64,000 nt of DNA from Lachnospiraceae bacterium (GTDB taxonomy: Bacteria; Bacillota; Clostridia; Lachnospirales; Lachnospiraceae). The notes under the pieces are model-generated. The model was not told where the DNA came from and did no database searches. It was given only the letters and a program-made list of their open reading frames with translations. The position numbers and the translations under genes are program-made. Positions 47,896 to 57,225 of the stretch are shown in pieces. Positions within the stretch are counted from its first letter, which is position 1; each line of letters begins with the position of its first letter. The DNA lies in NCBI GenBank assembly GCA_017526985.1, contig JAFXQR010000072.1:2128-66127 (forward strand), given 5' to 3'.

Positions 47896-48978
47896 TTATT
47901 TAATCATTTTTGCTCTTTGTAACACTGCTTCCTTATTCAATACCTTCTTATTGGCAAACATATTTTGCGGTTTCCCGGATGCCTTCTGCAGTTTCCCGAT
48001 CCCCTTCGATTTTCGTTCCTCAAAGTATGCCCGATACTCTGTAAAGCTTTTTTCTCTCCGGACATTCTCTAACTGCGTTTCCGTTATAAACTTCTTATTA
48101 TACTTCGCATAGCAATCCGTAAAATAACCGTTCTTTACCGTATTTTCAAACTCCCGTAGCGCCTGTTCAACCGTTTGAAATATTTTGATCCTTGTTTCCA
48201 GTATATTATCATACTCCGGCGCTTTATCAGATAATTCATACTTTTTTGAAGCATTATCTTCATCCAGCATAAAATCCTGCAGGTCAGCTAAAGTATGGTA
48301 TAGGACACAGGCATAGCACTGATCCCTGTTTTCCGGATCAATACTGCCTCCCACGATCCTCTGTACACTATCACTTATGCGATCGGTTCCGATCAGATAC
48401 ACTCCCGCTCCGGTTTTCGGATCAATACGCAATGGAATAAAACATGAGCTGAGTTTCATTGCATAAATTCCCTGATACAGATCATCCATACGGTCGATCT
48501 CTTCTTCGGTAACATTCCGTCCGGTTGGCACTCTGGCTGTATCATCTCCTGCAACACCTCCGTCTGCCGAACCGCCCAGATTCCTCACCAGGGTATTTAA
48601 TAATTCAATATCATCGATATTCTTTTTTTCTTTTTGCTCGATGGCAGCTCTTTTCTTTTCTGCTTCTTCTCTCTTTTTCTCTTCCGCCTCCCGATCCTTC
48701 CTGTCTTGGGGATCCTTTCGTTTTCCGGAAGCTTCTTCCTGCAAGCGCTTTTTTTCGCGCTTACGCCGCAAAACCCCGTGACGCCGCAAAAAGTCATCGA
48801 CCACTTCTTCTGTCACATAGTCTGCTGTTTTTCCCTTTTTCTCATAGTAACTGCACAAACACACATACAGAATACTCTCTTCACGCTTATTCTTAGCACT
48901 CTTTTCCGTATACTCTTCTTCCAGAAACGAGTACATTTCCCTTTGGTTTTTTATTTCTATCCCGTTTGGCAAGATCAT
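47896..48978 (-). CDS. Hypothetical protein (360 aa) with a central K/E/R-rich segment
   Basis: ATGA start/stop overlap with the upstream gene; no motif recognised. Confidence 0.6.
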   Translation of the reverse strand: MILPNGIEIKNQREMYSFLEEEYTEKSAKNKREESILYVCLCSYYEKKGKTADYVTEEVVDDFLRRHGVLRRKREKKRLQEEASGKRKDPQDRKDREAEEKKREEAEKKRAAIEQKEKKNIDDIELLNTLVRNLGGSADGGVAGDDTARVPTGRNVTEEEIDRMDDLYQGIYAMKLSSCFIPLRIDPKTGAGVYLIGTDRISDSVQRIVGGSIDPENRDQCYACVLYHTLADLQDFMLDEDNASKKYELSDKAPEYDNILETRIKIFQTVEQALREFENTVKNGYFTDCYAKYNKKFITETQLENVRREKSFTEYRAYFEERKSKGIGKLQKASGKPQNMFANKKVLNKEAVLQRAKMIK

Positions 48979-50540
48979 GCAAGAGTCCTCGCTTTCTTTA
49001 CCTGACGCGCTACCAGTTCCGGCGTACGTTCCAGCTGGTACAGCACAAAACCGTAACCCATACCCGTCGATGCTGCAGAGATACCTTTTTCATACAGATA
49101 CACTTCCATCATCCATGAAAAATCTTCCTTAAGCTGCGCCCGCTCATTCAGATGTTTGCTATACTCCAGGCGGAAACGATGATACGCCTGCACCAGACGC
49201 TCCTGCATCACTTCCGGCAGAGTCTCTTTCCATCCTCGCACCGCAACTTCCATGGCTTTGATGCCTTTCTCTTCCGCCTCAAGCATATCATCAAACTGAC
49301 GCGCTGCCTCATTTTCATCAAAGTCATCTGCATACGCCTCTACAAAATTCGAGTAGTCCTCATCTTCCTGTGTCGGTATATACTCCTCCACCTCAGCAGC
49401 CATATCCAGATACTGCGCATCCTCTGCACTCACTCCGCGGATCGCAGCGGCATCTTCGTCACGCCCCAGCCATTCCAATGCTCTGGCGTAAAGCATATCC
49501 TCAAAGCTTTTGAATTTTCTCCGCTCCACCATCTCATCGGTATAATCTTCCCGCAGTTGACTTTCCAGTGAAGGCGTCTCCTGCACATCTTTTGTATTTG
49601 CACGCGCACGGATCATCCGGTCTGCCAGCGCGATCACTTCTTCCCTGGAAAGATCCTTGTCTTGCCCTTCCAGAAATGCCGTTTGATATTCCATATAGCT
49701 GTCTTTGTCTGCAAACCCGCAGTTTTTCAGATACTCCTCCACATCCGAATAACCTGCCCACTTCGCCCGTTCCTTCAGGCCTTCCTCCGTGTTCGCATAC
49801 ATCTGCGGACCGATCTTCAGCTCCTTTGCAATATTTTTGTCACTATAGCGTTTCAGCCATTCATCGGCAGGATTTCTGTCCGATTGCAGCAGATTCCAAT
49901 AACTCTGTTTCCATTTTTCCCGCACATCCTCCGGCAGTGCTGCGATCCCTTCATAATCCGGCAGGAAGCTGCGGTCGTTCTTTAACCAGAACAGTGACAA
50001 GCTCATATAACGGAAAAAGGATCGATAATCCGAGCCACCCCACTTCAGTCCGGCTGCTTTATCATCATCTCCCATTTCCTGCAGCAGCAAGCTTTCCGGA
50101 TCCACACAGGCAAATGCCATACGCATCACATCCATCAGATCCTGATAGGTTTCATTATTATGGGGTGCCCAGCTGGCGTTCTCCATAGGATCTTCTTCAT
50201 CTACCGTACAGCAATCTGCTCCGCGGGAATTCAAAAACTCTGTCCGCACCGGCGACGCCCCCACCAGCAGACAATACAAAAAATCCGCATAGAATTGCCT
50301 CATTTCTTCACTGAGCTCTCTTTTTTCCGAGGTCAGATAACGCTTCATCGCATCCAGCATCTTCGAGATCATCGCATCCACTTTCTGTTCAACGAGAACG
50401 CCATTCTCATCCGTGATCTCCTTTAAATACCCATGCTCACACCCCAACGCTGCATTGCGGATCGCATCGAGGCGCTCCGTTAATTGTGCCCTGCGCTCAC
50501 GTATCCGATCCATCTCTGTATCCTCCATTCTTTTGCTCAT
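48975..50540 (-). CDS. Hypothetical acidic protein (521 aa)
   Basis: GGGGAGG RBS; starts 27 nt after the DprA-like gene; no motif recognised. Confidence 0.6.
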   Translation of the reverse strand: MSKRMEDTEMDRIRERRAQLTERLDAIRNAALGCEHGYLKEITDENGVLVEQKVDAMISKMLDAMKRYLTSEKRELSEEMRQFYADFLYCLLVGASPVRTEFLNSRGADCCTVDEEDPMENASWAPHNNETYQDLMDVMRMAFACVDPESLLLQEMGDDDKAAGLKWGGSDYRSFFRYMSLSLFWLKNDRSFLPDYEGIAALPEDVREKWKQSYWNLLQSDRNPADEWLKRYSDKNIAKELKIGPQMYANTEEGLKERAKWAGYSDVEEYLKNCGFADKDSYMEYQTAFLEGQDKDLSREEVIALADRMIRARANTKDVQETPSLESQLREDYTDEMVERRKFKSFEDMLYARALEWLGRDEDAAAIRGVSAEDAQYLDMAAEVEEYIPTQEDEDYSNFVEAYADDFDENEAARQFDDMLEAEEKGIKAMEVAVRGWKETLPEVMQERLVQAYHRFRLEYSKHLNERAQLKEDFSWMMEVYLYEKGISAASTGMGYGFVLYQLERTPELVARQVKKARTLA

Positions 50541-50567
50541 AACCGGTCTTTTCCTCCCCTAAGCTTC

Positions 50568-51584
50568 TTATTCCTCTGACGAGTCTCCCTGTTTCATCAG
50601 ATCCTCAAACGACATCTGACTGAATTCTTTTTCCTCTGTCTTCTTTTCTTCTGTCGGCACAGTCTCTGCTGCTTTCTTTTCCGGCATCTTTCCGTCATCC
50701 AGCAGCGGGATAGCTCCTCTGCGGATCAGTTCCTGATTACCTGGATAGTTTTTATTATCCCACACAAAGACCGTAGTCCATCTGTGCTTCAGTGCTTCCG
50801 TCGCACCGCTCCATGTACCGCCCTTATTCAGATCCGAGCGCACCACCACCGTGGCTTTTGACTGTGCATAAATATACTTATTGCGTTCCATCGCAGATGC
50901 CACAAAAGAATGCCTGCTTTTGGCTGCAAGCGGAGATACATGACTATACATCAACAGTCTTTGATCAAAGACCGCTTCCCGAAGCAGCGCGTCCCCCATT
51001 CTTTGTTTCATGGTATCCGGAAAATAGACGATCGCGCTCCCACCATGTTTCAGGCACCGGAGTAATGCCACACTATCAATCCCCTGCGCGCCCCCGGTCA
51101 CAATGCCAAATCCTTTTTTCAGATTTTCATCCACGCGCTCTTCCGTCCAGGCGATATCTTCATTTCCGATATCTCTGGATCCCACATACCCGGCCATTTT
51201 CTGCTGATTGATCTGTCTGCTGCCGACCGTATATAACAACGGCGGACAAAAATCCCCCAGCTTCTCTAACAATGCCTGAGGAAAATCCTCATCCAGTACT
51301 GTACTGATCCTTACACCCATCTGCTCCAATTTTTCTTTTCCAAAGGCAATGGATGCGCTGCGCTTCAACAACTCTTCTATCTTTTCTTCCTGCGCCGCGA
51401 TCAATTCGTCCATCGAATCATTATATTTATGATAAAGCTTCCAGAACTCCGCACGGGTCAGTGGTGTATTCCCATCCGCAAATTCCCCGCAAAGGATTAT
51501 GATATATTCTGAATTCATATCCATTTTGACTCTCTCTTTCATGGGCAAAGGGGACTCACAAAAACTGCAGATCCCGTATGCCAT
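50568..51584 (-). CDS. DprA/Smf-like (SLOG-fold) protein with a C-terminal acidic tail
   Basis: GYVGSRD...GFGIVTGGAQGIDSVALL...ERNKYIYAQSKATVVVRSDLNKGGTWSGATEAL parallels the DprA Rossmann core. Confidence 0.7.
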   Translation of the reverse strand: MAYGICSFCESPLPMKERVKMDMNSEYIIILCGEFADGNTPLTRAEFWKLYHKYNDSMDELIAAQEEKIEELLKRSASIAFGKEKLEQMGVRISTVLDEDFPQALLEKLGDFCPPLLYTVGSRQINQQKMAGYVGSRDIGNEDIAWTEERVDENLKKGFGIVTGGAQGIDSVALLRCLKHGGSAIVYFPDTMKQRMGDALLREAVFDQRLLMYSHVSPLAAKSRHSFVASAMERNKYIYAQSKATVVVRSDLNKGGTWSGATEALKHRWTTVFVWDNKNYPGNQELIRRGAIPLLDDGKMPEKKAAETVPTEEKKTEEKEFSQMSFEDLMKQGDSSEE

Positions 51585-51608
51585 TTTTTCTTTGTCTATT
51601 TTACACGA

Positions 51609-53681
51609 TCAATCGTCACCTGTCATGCTGCTGTCTGCCAGACAGAAAGGGAACACTTTCTGCGCCCCATGCTTTAACAGATACCAGCCGCCTACAGTCA
51701 GTGTCCACCCGGAATCAACCATATCATCTACCAGGATCACATTTTCCGGAACGATCACACCATCCTTGATCTGCATAGAATTCTTTACATTATCGAACTG
51801 ATGAAAGCTGTTGTTCAACGTTTTCTGCTGCGGTGCATCCGGATCCGTTTTTTTCAGAGTATCCAGATACTCCATCCCAAGGCCCTCCGCCAGCTTTCTT
51901 GCAAAATTCTCTACCTTTTTATTCCTTGCAGAAGGAATATTGGTCACTGCCGTATAGCCCTGATCCGCCAGTTTCTCTTTTAGTACTGCGATGGATTTCT
52001 GTACCAGTTCATCACGGAATTCAGCTTCGTGGTACTTATCGTGAGCAACCATTTCACCATAGCCTGCCTGACCATATTTGGACAAAGCCAGACCGGTCTC
52101 ATTCAATGCAGAGATCACGGTATTTCGATCCAGACCATTCTCCGCCACCGGCCAGCGCTTCTTCGGCTCGATCTCAAGATATCTTGCACCGATCATCTGC
52201 TCTACCTGTGCGATATCCTCCGCAGTAGGTTTCACCACCGGATCGAAAATTTCTTTCTGCAGGCAATTCGCACATTTTCCGCAAGGCTTAGCGGTATCAT
52301 CATTCAGACAATTCACGATGAATTTGCTCAGACATTCTTTTGTATGGATATACTGTTTCATCGTGTCCAGTTCGGCATACTTCATCTTCTTAATGTTATC
52401 ATAGTGCTCACCGTTGTAATGATACGGGTTCATGGATCTCTTATACTTGGAACCATCCTTATAGATCACATCCTGGTTCATCAGCATATTCAATACTCTT
52501 TCCATATCCGTTCTTCGTATATCACAAAGACGCATCATATCGTTGACGGAGAGCCCTTCTGCTGTTTGTTCCAGAGCATCGATGATCTTGCGCTCCTCTT
52601 CCTCCGTCGGAAACGCGTGCTCGATAAAATAGGTTGAGATCTTATCGTCTTCTTCGCCCGTCATCATATAGCAATATGCTTCCATACCCTCTTTTCTTCC
52701 GGCACGACCGATCTGCTGATAGTACGCCACGACGGAAGACGGCTTCTGATAGTGGATGACAAAACCGATGTCCGACTTATCATAGCCCATTCCTAATTTC
52801 ACTGTAGCTACGATCACCTTGATCTTGTTCGCGTTGAACAGTCTTTCGGTCTCTCTCAGTGTCTCTTCGTTCTCGCTATCGGAATAATAACGACGGGCAC
52901 TGATCCCGTTTTCCATCAGATAGTCCGTGATCAGATCACAGTCTCTTCTGGTAAGACAGTATACGATACCGGTCCCCGGCAGTTTCGGGATGTTCTCCTT
53001 CATCCATGCGTAGCGCTCCACCTGCGAATTCATCTTCAGAATTTCAATGTGCAGACTGTCACGACTCAACGGACCTCTGGATACAAAAACATTGTCCCCA
53101 AACTGCTTCTTCAGATCTTCGATCACGCGATCATTCGCCGTAGCAGTAGTCCCCAAAACAGCCACATTTTCCGGCATTTGAGCGATCACACGGTTTAATT
53201 TGGAATACTGCAGGCGGAAATCGTGCCCCCAATCCGAGATACAATGACACTCATCGATCACCAATAAACGGATCGGCAGTTGCGGAAGCATACTCTGCAC
53301 TTCTTCTTTCTGCAGAGTTTCCGGTGTGGTAAAGACGACATCATATTCCTGATTTTTAAGCTTTTCAAAAAATTCGGTTCTGGCCTCATCCTTGACGGAA
53401 CTGTTGATCACACCACATTTCAGATGGAACTTTTCGGCATACTCCATCTGGTTGTCCATCAGAACCAACAAGGGACTGATGATCAGGGTAACACCGCCCA
53501 GGATTTTGGATGCCACAAAATACACCAGCGATTTGCCCCAGCCGGTCTTTTGCACCACCAACGTTCGCTTATTGGATAAGGTGGCTTCGATGGCCTCATA
53601 CTGCCCTTCAAAAAAGCCGGCATTCTCTCCATAAGCTTCTTTCATCACCTGCATTGCCTTGTTAAAGATTTCCTGGTTCAT
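51609..53681 (-). CDS. RecQ-family helicase fused to a C-terminal ComF-like phosphoribosyltransferase (PRTase) domain
   Basis: QKTGWGKS (motif I), VIDECHCISDWGHDFR (DExH), RecQ Zn motif CGKCANC, PRTase motif VILVDDMVDSGWTLTV; AAGGAGG RBS. Confidence 0.85.
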   Translation of the reverse strand: MNQEIFNKAMQVMKEAYGENAGFFEGQYEAIEATLSNKRTLVVQKTGWGKSLVYFVASKILGGVTLIISPLLVLMDNQMEYAEKFHLKCGVINSSVKDEARTEFFEKLKNQEYDVVFTTPETLQKEEVQSMLPQLPIRLLVIDECHCISDWGHDFRLQYSKLNRVIAQMPENVAVLGTTATANDRVIEDLKKQFGDNVFVSRGPLSRDSLHIEILKMNSQVERYAWMKENIPKLPGTGIVYCLTRRDCDLITDYLMENGISARRYYSDSENEETLRETERLFNANKIKVIVATVKLGMGYDKSDIGFVIHYQKPSSVVAYYQQIGRAGRKEGMEAYCYMMTGEEDDKISTYFIEHAFPTEEEERKIIDALEQTAEGLSVNDMMRLCDIRRTDMERVLNMLMNQDVIYKDGSKYKRSMNPYHYNGEHYDNIKKMKYAELDTMKQYIHTKECLSKFIVNCLNDDTAKPCGKCANCLQKEIFDPVVKPTAEDIAQVEQMIGARYLEIEPKKRWPVAENGLDRNTVISALNETGLALSKYGQAGYGEMVAHDKYHEAEFRDELVQKSIAVLKEKLADQGYTAVTNIPSARNKKVENFARKLAEGLGMEYLDTLKKTDPDAPQQKTLNNSFHQFDNVKNSMQIKDGVIVPENVILVDDMVDSGWTLTVGGWYLLKHGAQKVFPFCLADSSMTGDD

Positions 53682-53731
53682 TTCAAATTCCTCCTTATGT
53701 TGAGTTTGTTGAGTTGTTTTTATTTACCAGT

Positions 53732-53773
53732 AGTTTATCATGTGTGATCATTTTTCCGTAATTTTCACGGAAA
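53732..53773 (-). promoter_or_regulatory. Shared promoter architecture, copy 1: TTTCCGT-GAAAATT-ACGGAAA, N15, TAAACT (gene orientation)
   Basis: Read directly; the -10-like hexamer ends about 50 nt upstream of the RecQ-PRTase start. Confidence 0.6.
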
Positions 53774-53894
53774 ACGGATTGTTCATCCCTTAATGCCAGC
53801 AAATACCTGCCTTGACGCCTACGATTTGATCTAAATAAACCCTGCAAAAGGATTTATTCCCTTGCAGGGTATTTTTTGACTCTGATAATGTTTC

Positions 53895-55454
53895 CTACAC
53901 CTTTGTTGTCCACTTGGTGCAGTCCCAGACCTGCGTGGCCAGGCTTTGATAAAACTCCGGCTCATGGCAGACCATCAGGATGCTGCCCTTGTACTCTTTC
54001 AGGGCACGCAGCAGTTCGTCTTTGGCGTCCACATCCAGGTGGTTCGTCGGCTCGTCCAGTACCAGCAGGTTCGATTCTTTGTTAATGAGCTTGCAAAGAC
54101 GCACCTTGGCCTGCTCGCCACCGGAAAGTACCTTGCACTTGCTCTCGATGTGCTTTGTGGTCAGGCCGCATTTTGCCAGGGCAGATCGTACCTCATACTG
54201 TGTAAAGCCCAGGAACTCATTCCAGATCTCCTGCATACAGGTGGTATCGATATTCGGAGACATCTCCTGTTCAAAGTAACCGATCTCCAGATTCTCACCC
54301 AGTTCCACTTTACCTTTGATCGCCGGGATCAGTCCCAAAATGCTTTTTAATAATGTGGATTTTCCGATGCCGTTCGCGCCGGTAAGGACGATGCAGCTCC
54401 CTCGTTCCATCGTTACGTTCAGAGGCGACGACAGCGGCTCGTCATAACCGATCACCAGATCTTTGGTCTCGAATAAGATCTTGCTCGGCGTCTTCGCTAC
54501 CTTGAAATGAAACTCCGGCTTGGGCTTCTCCTGGATCTTTTCGATGAGATCCATATTGTCAAGCTTCTTCTGACGGGACATTGCCATATTTCTGGTGGCA
54601 ACTCTGGCTTTGTTTCTCGCCACGAAGTCCTTCAGTTCCGCGATCTCCTGCTGCTGCTTGTTATACGCCGCCTCCCGCTGCGCCTTCTTCACCTCATAGA
54701 CTTCCTGGAATTTATCATAGTCCCCTACATAACGGTCCAGACTGTGATAGTTCCCATCCATGTGATATACGATGTTGATCACGCTGTTCAAAAACGGGAT
54801 ATCATGCGAGATCAGGATAAACGCATTCTCATAATCCTGCAGGTATTTCTTCAGCCACTCGATGTGCTCCGCATCCAGATAGTTGGTCGGCTCGTCCAGC
54901 AACAGGATGTCCGGCTTTTCGAGCAGCAGCTTGCCCAGTAAGATCTTGGTACGCTGTCCGCCGGAAAGCTCTGTCACATCACGATCCAGTCCCAGATCCA
55001 GCAGTCCCAATGCTCTTGCCACTTCTTCCACCTTGGCATCGATCATATAGAAATCATGATTGGTCAGCAGATCCTGGATCGTACCGGTCTCTTCCATATA
55101 CTCATTCATCTCTTCTTCGGTACAGTCCGCCATCTTTTCGTACAGCTCATTCATCTTTGCTTCCATGGCAAAGAGCGGCTCAAACGCGCTGGCCAGCACA
55201 TCCCGGATCGTCATTCCCTGCTGCAATACCGCATGCTGATCCAGATACCCTGCCTTTACATTCTTTACCCATTCAATGGTACCTTCATCCGGCATCAGCT
55301 TGCCCGTGATGATATTCATAAAGGTGGACTTGCCTTCGCCGTTGGCACCCACCAGACCGATATGTTCTCCGGCCAGCAGACGGAACGATACATCCTCAAA
55401 GATCGCCCGGTCACCAAAGCCGTGTGTCAAATGCTCTACATTTAAAATACTCAT
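53895..55454 (-). CDS. ABC-F family ATPase (two ABC domains, no TM domain)
   Basis: Two Walker A motifs (GANGEGKST, GANGIGKST) and two signature motifs (LSGGQ, LSGGE) with an inter-domain linker. Confidence 0.9.
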   Translation of the reverse strand: MSILNVEHLTHGFGDRAIFEDVSFRLLAGEHIGLVGANGEGKSTFMNIITGKLMPDEGTIEWVKNVKAGYLDQHAVLQQGMTIRDVLASAFEPLFAMEAKMNELYEKMADCTEEEMNEYMEETGTIQDLLTNHDFYMIDAKVEEVARALGLLDLGLDRDVTELSGGQRTKILLGKLLLEKPDILLLDEPTNYLDAEHIEWLKKYLQDYENAFILISHDIPFLNSVINIVYHMDGNYHSLDRYVGDYDKFQEVYEVKKAQREAAYNKQQQEIAELKDFVARNKARVATRNMAMSRQKKLDNMDLIEKIQEKPKPEFHFKVAKTPSKILFETKDLVIGYDEPLSSPLNVTMERGSCIVLTGANGIGKSTLLKSILGLIPAIKGKVELGENLEIGYFEQEMSPNIDTTCMQEIWNEFLGFTQYEVRSALAKCGLTTKHIESKCKVLSGGEQAKVRLCKLINKESNLLVLDEPTNHLDVDAKDELLRALKEYKGSILMVCHEPEFYQSLATQVWDCTKWTTKV

Positions 55455-55469
55455 GTTATATTTCTTCTC

Positions 55470-56432
55470 CTATAAAATCTCGTGTACTCCGGCCAGATAT
55501 TCCGCCACATTGCCGGACTTGCGGATCTTCTTTAATGCCTTTTCCTGATCCGGAAACAGACCGCCCATGGATGCCCACAGTTCCTTCATATGGAACAGCA
55601 GCGGCATCTCTCCGTCAAATAAATCTTTGTAAGAAGTAAAGATGCGGTCATGATAGGCGCGCAGTTCTTCCTTCGTGGGCGCACCTGCATTCTCATTCTC
55701 AGAAAGATCCGACTGATACAGCTCTCTGGCCAGTGCCGGGTTCCGCAGCATCCCGCGTCCCAGCATCACCGCGCAGACCGTATTTTTGCAATGGTCTTTG
55801 ATGTATTGCATTTTCTCCCGGTAATCCTGCACCGTGTAGATATCGCCATTGTAGACCACCGGCATTTTGCATTTGTCCAATGCGACGCAAAAATCATCCA
55901 TGCGTACAGTGCCTTTGTACTGGTCCGTCTGCAGCCGCGGATGGATGGTCAGTTCCGTGATAGGGTATTGGTTATAAATTCCCAACAGCCTTGCAAATTC
56001 TTCCGGATCTTCCATCCCAAGCCTTGTCTTTACCGAGATCTTACATTTTGCTTTTGCAAAGATCTCCTCCAGAAAGCGATCATAAGCCTCGGTGTCTTTT
56101 AAGATCCCGGAGCCTTTTCCGTGACCGACCACTGTTTTGGACGGACAGCCCGCATTCAGATTGATCTCTTCATAACCGTAGGTATCGCAGATCTCTTCGG
56201 ATAAGGTCAGAAAGTCTTCCGCTTTATTGGTCAGGATCTGCGGGACCAGGGGAATGCCCGGATTATTTTCCGGCAACAACCCCCGCCGCTCTTTGCTTGC
56301 CATTCCCTTTTTGGGGCGCGGTGCAATAAAGGGCGTATAGTATTTCGTGATCCCGTCTCCGAAAAAATCATGCACGGCATTTCGATAGATGTATCCGGTG
56401 ATCCCCTCCATCGGGGCCAGGTAAAACCGCAT
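55470..56432 (-). CDS. tRNA-dihydrouridine synthase family protein
   Basis: LAPMEGITG...NLNAGCP motifs. Confidence 0.85.
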   Translation of the reverse strand: MRFYLAPMEGITGYIYRNAVHDFFGDGITKYYTPFIAPRPKKGMASKERRGLLPENNPGIPLVPQILTNKAEDFLTLSEEICDTYGYEEINLNAGCPSKTVVGHGKGSGILKDTEAYDRFLEEIFAKAKCKISVKTRLGMEDPEEFARLLGIYNQYPITELTIHPRLQTDQYKGTVRMDDFCVALDKCKMPVVYNGDIYTVQDYREKMQYIKDHCKNTVCAVMLGRGMLRNPALARELYQSDLSENENAGAPTKEELRAYHDRIFTSYKDLFDGEMPLLFHMKELWASMGGLFPDQEKALKKIRKSGNVAEYLAGVHEIL

Positions 56433-56547
56433 CTTTTATATCTCCCGTTTTTTCGTCTGCATTCTATCTTATCAGATTTTATCGGAAAAGACAAAGGGGC
56501 AGCCCTCCCCATAGGGAAGAGCGCCTCTTTGCTCGAAAGGAGATATA

Positions 56548-57126
56548 TCAAATATGGTCAATGATCTTGGTTGCGATGCCGAACTCCAACGCCTGCTGCG
56601 CCGTCAGGAAGGTGTCTTCTTTGGTCTTTTCGTAGACCTCTTCGAGGCTGCGGCCGCTGCGGTCTGCGATGATACCGCCGGTCACCTCGCGCAGTTCCAG
56701 CAGACGTGCGGCTTCTTTTTCCAGCTCCAGTGCCTTACGACTGCCGGAGAGGCCTGCGATCAGCGGATCGTGGATCATGATCTTGGTGTGGGGCAGCATC
56801 TCACGCTTGTCCCCGGCCAGAAACAGGATGGATCCCATACTGGCTGCAGTGCCGATGCATACGGTGCGGATGGGGCACTTCATCAGGCGCAGCGTGTCAT
56901 AAGCTGCCAGACCGCTCACCACCTCGCCGCCCGGCGTATTGATGTAGAGCGTGATCTCCGCGTCCGGATCTTCCGCCTCCAGACACAGCAGGTACTGGAT
57001 CAGCGTATTACAGCTCTCAGAGTTGACCTCTTCGGTGAAGAAGAGTTTGCGCTCCTTTAAGAGCATGCTTTCCGGGGTGATGCTGTCGATGCCTCTGGAT
57101 GTTTCTTTCAAAAAATAACCGTTCAT
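56548..57126 (-). CDS. clpP: ClpP-family serine protease subunit (divergent paralogue)
   Basis: LYINTPGGEV, catalytic Ser in GTAASMGS, His in IMIHDP. Confidence 0.75.
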   Translation of the reverse strand: MNGYFLKETSRGIDSITPESMLLKERKLFFTEEVNSESCNTLIQYLLCLEAEDPDAEITLYINTPGGEVVSGLAAYDTLRLMKCPIRTVCIGTAASMGSILFLAGDKREMLPHTKIMIHDPLIAGLSGSRKALELEKEAARLLELREVTGGIIADRSGRSLEEVYEKTKEDTFLTAQQALEFGIATKIIDHI

Positions 57127-57225
57127 AGTCGTGTTCTCCTTTACTTTTGTATATGGTTAATGTTATTGTTTCCGAAAGGTTTGAGATGCAGGGCCGCAAT
57201 ATCTACAGCCCTGCACCGGTACTGC

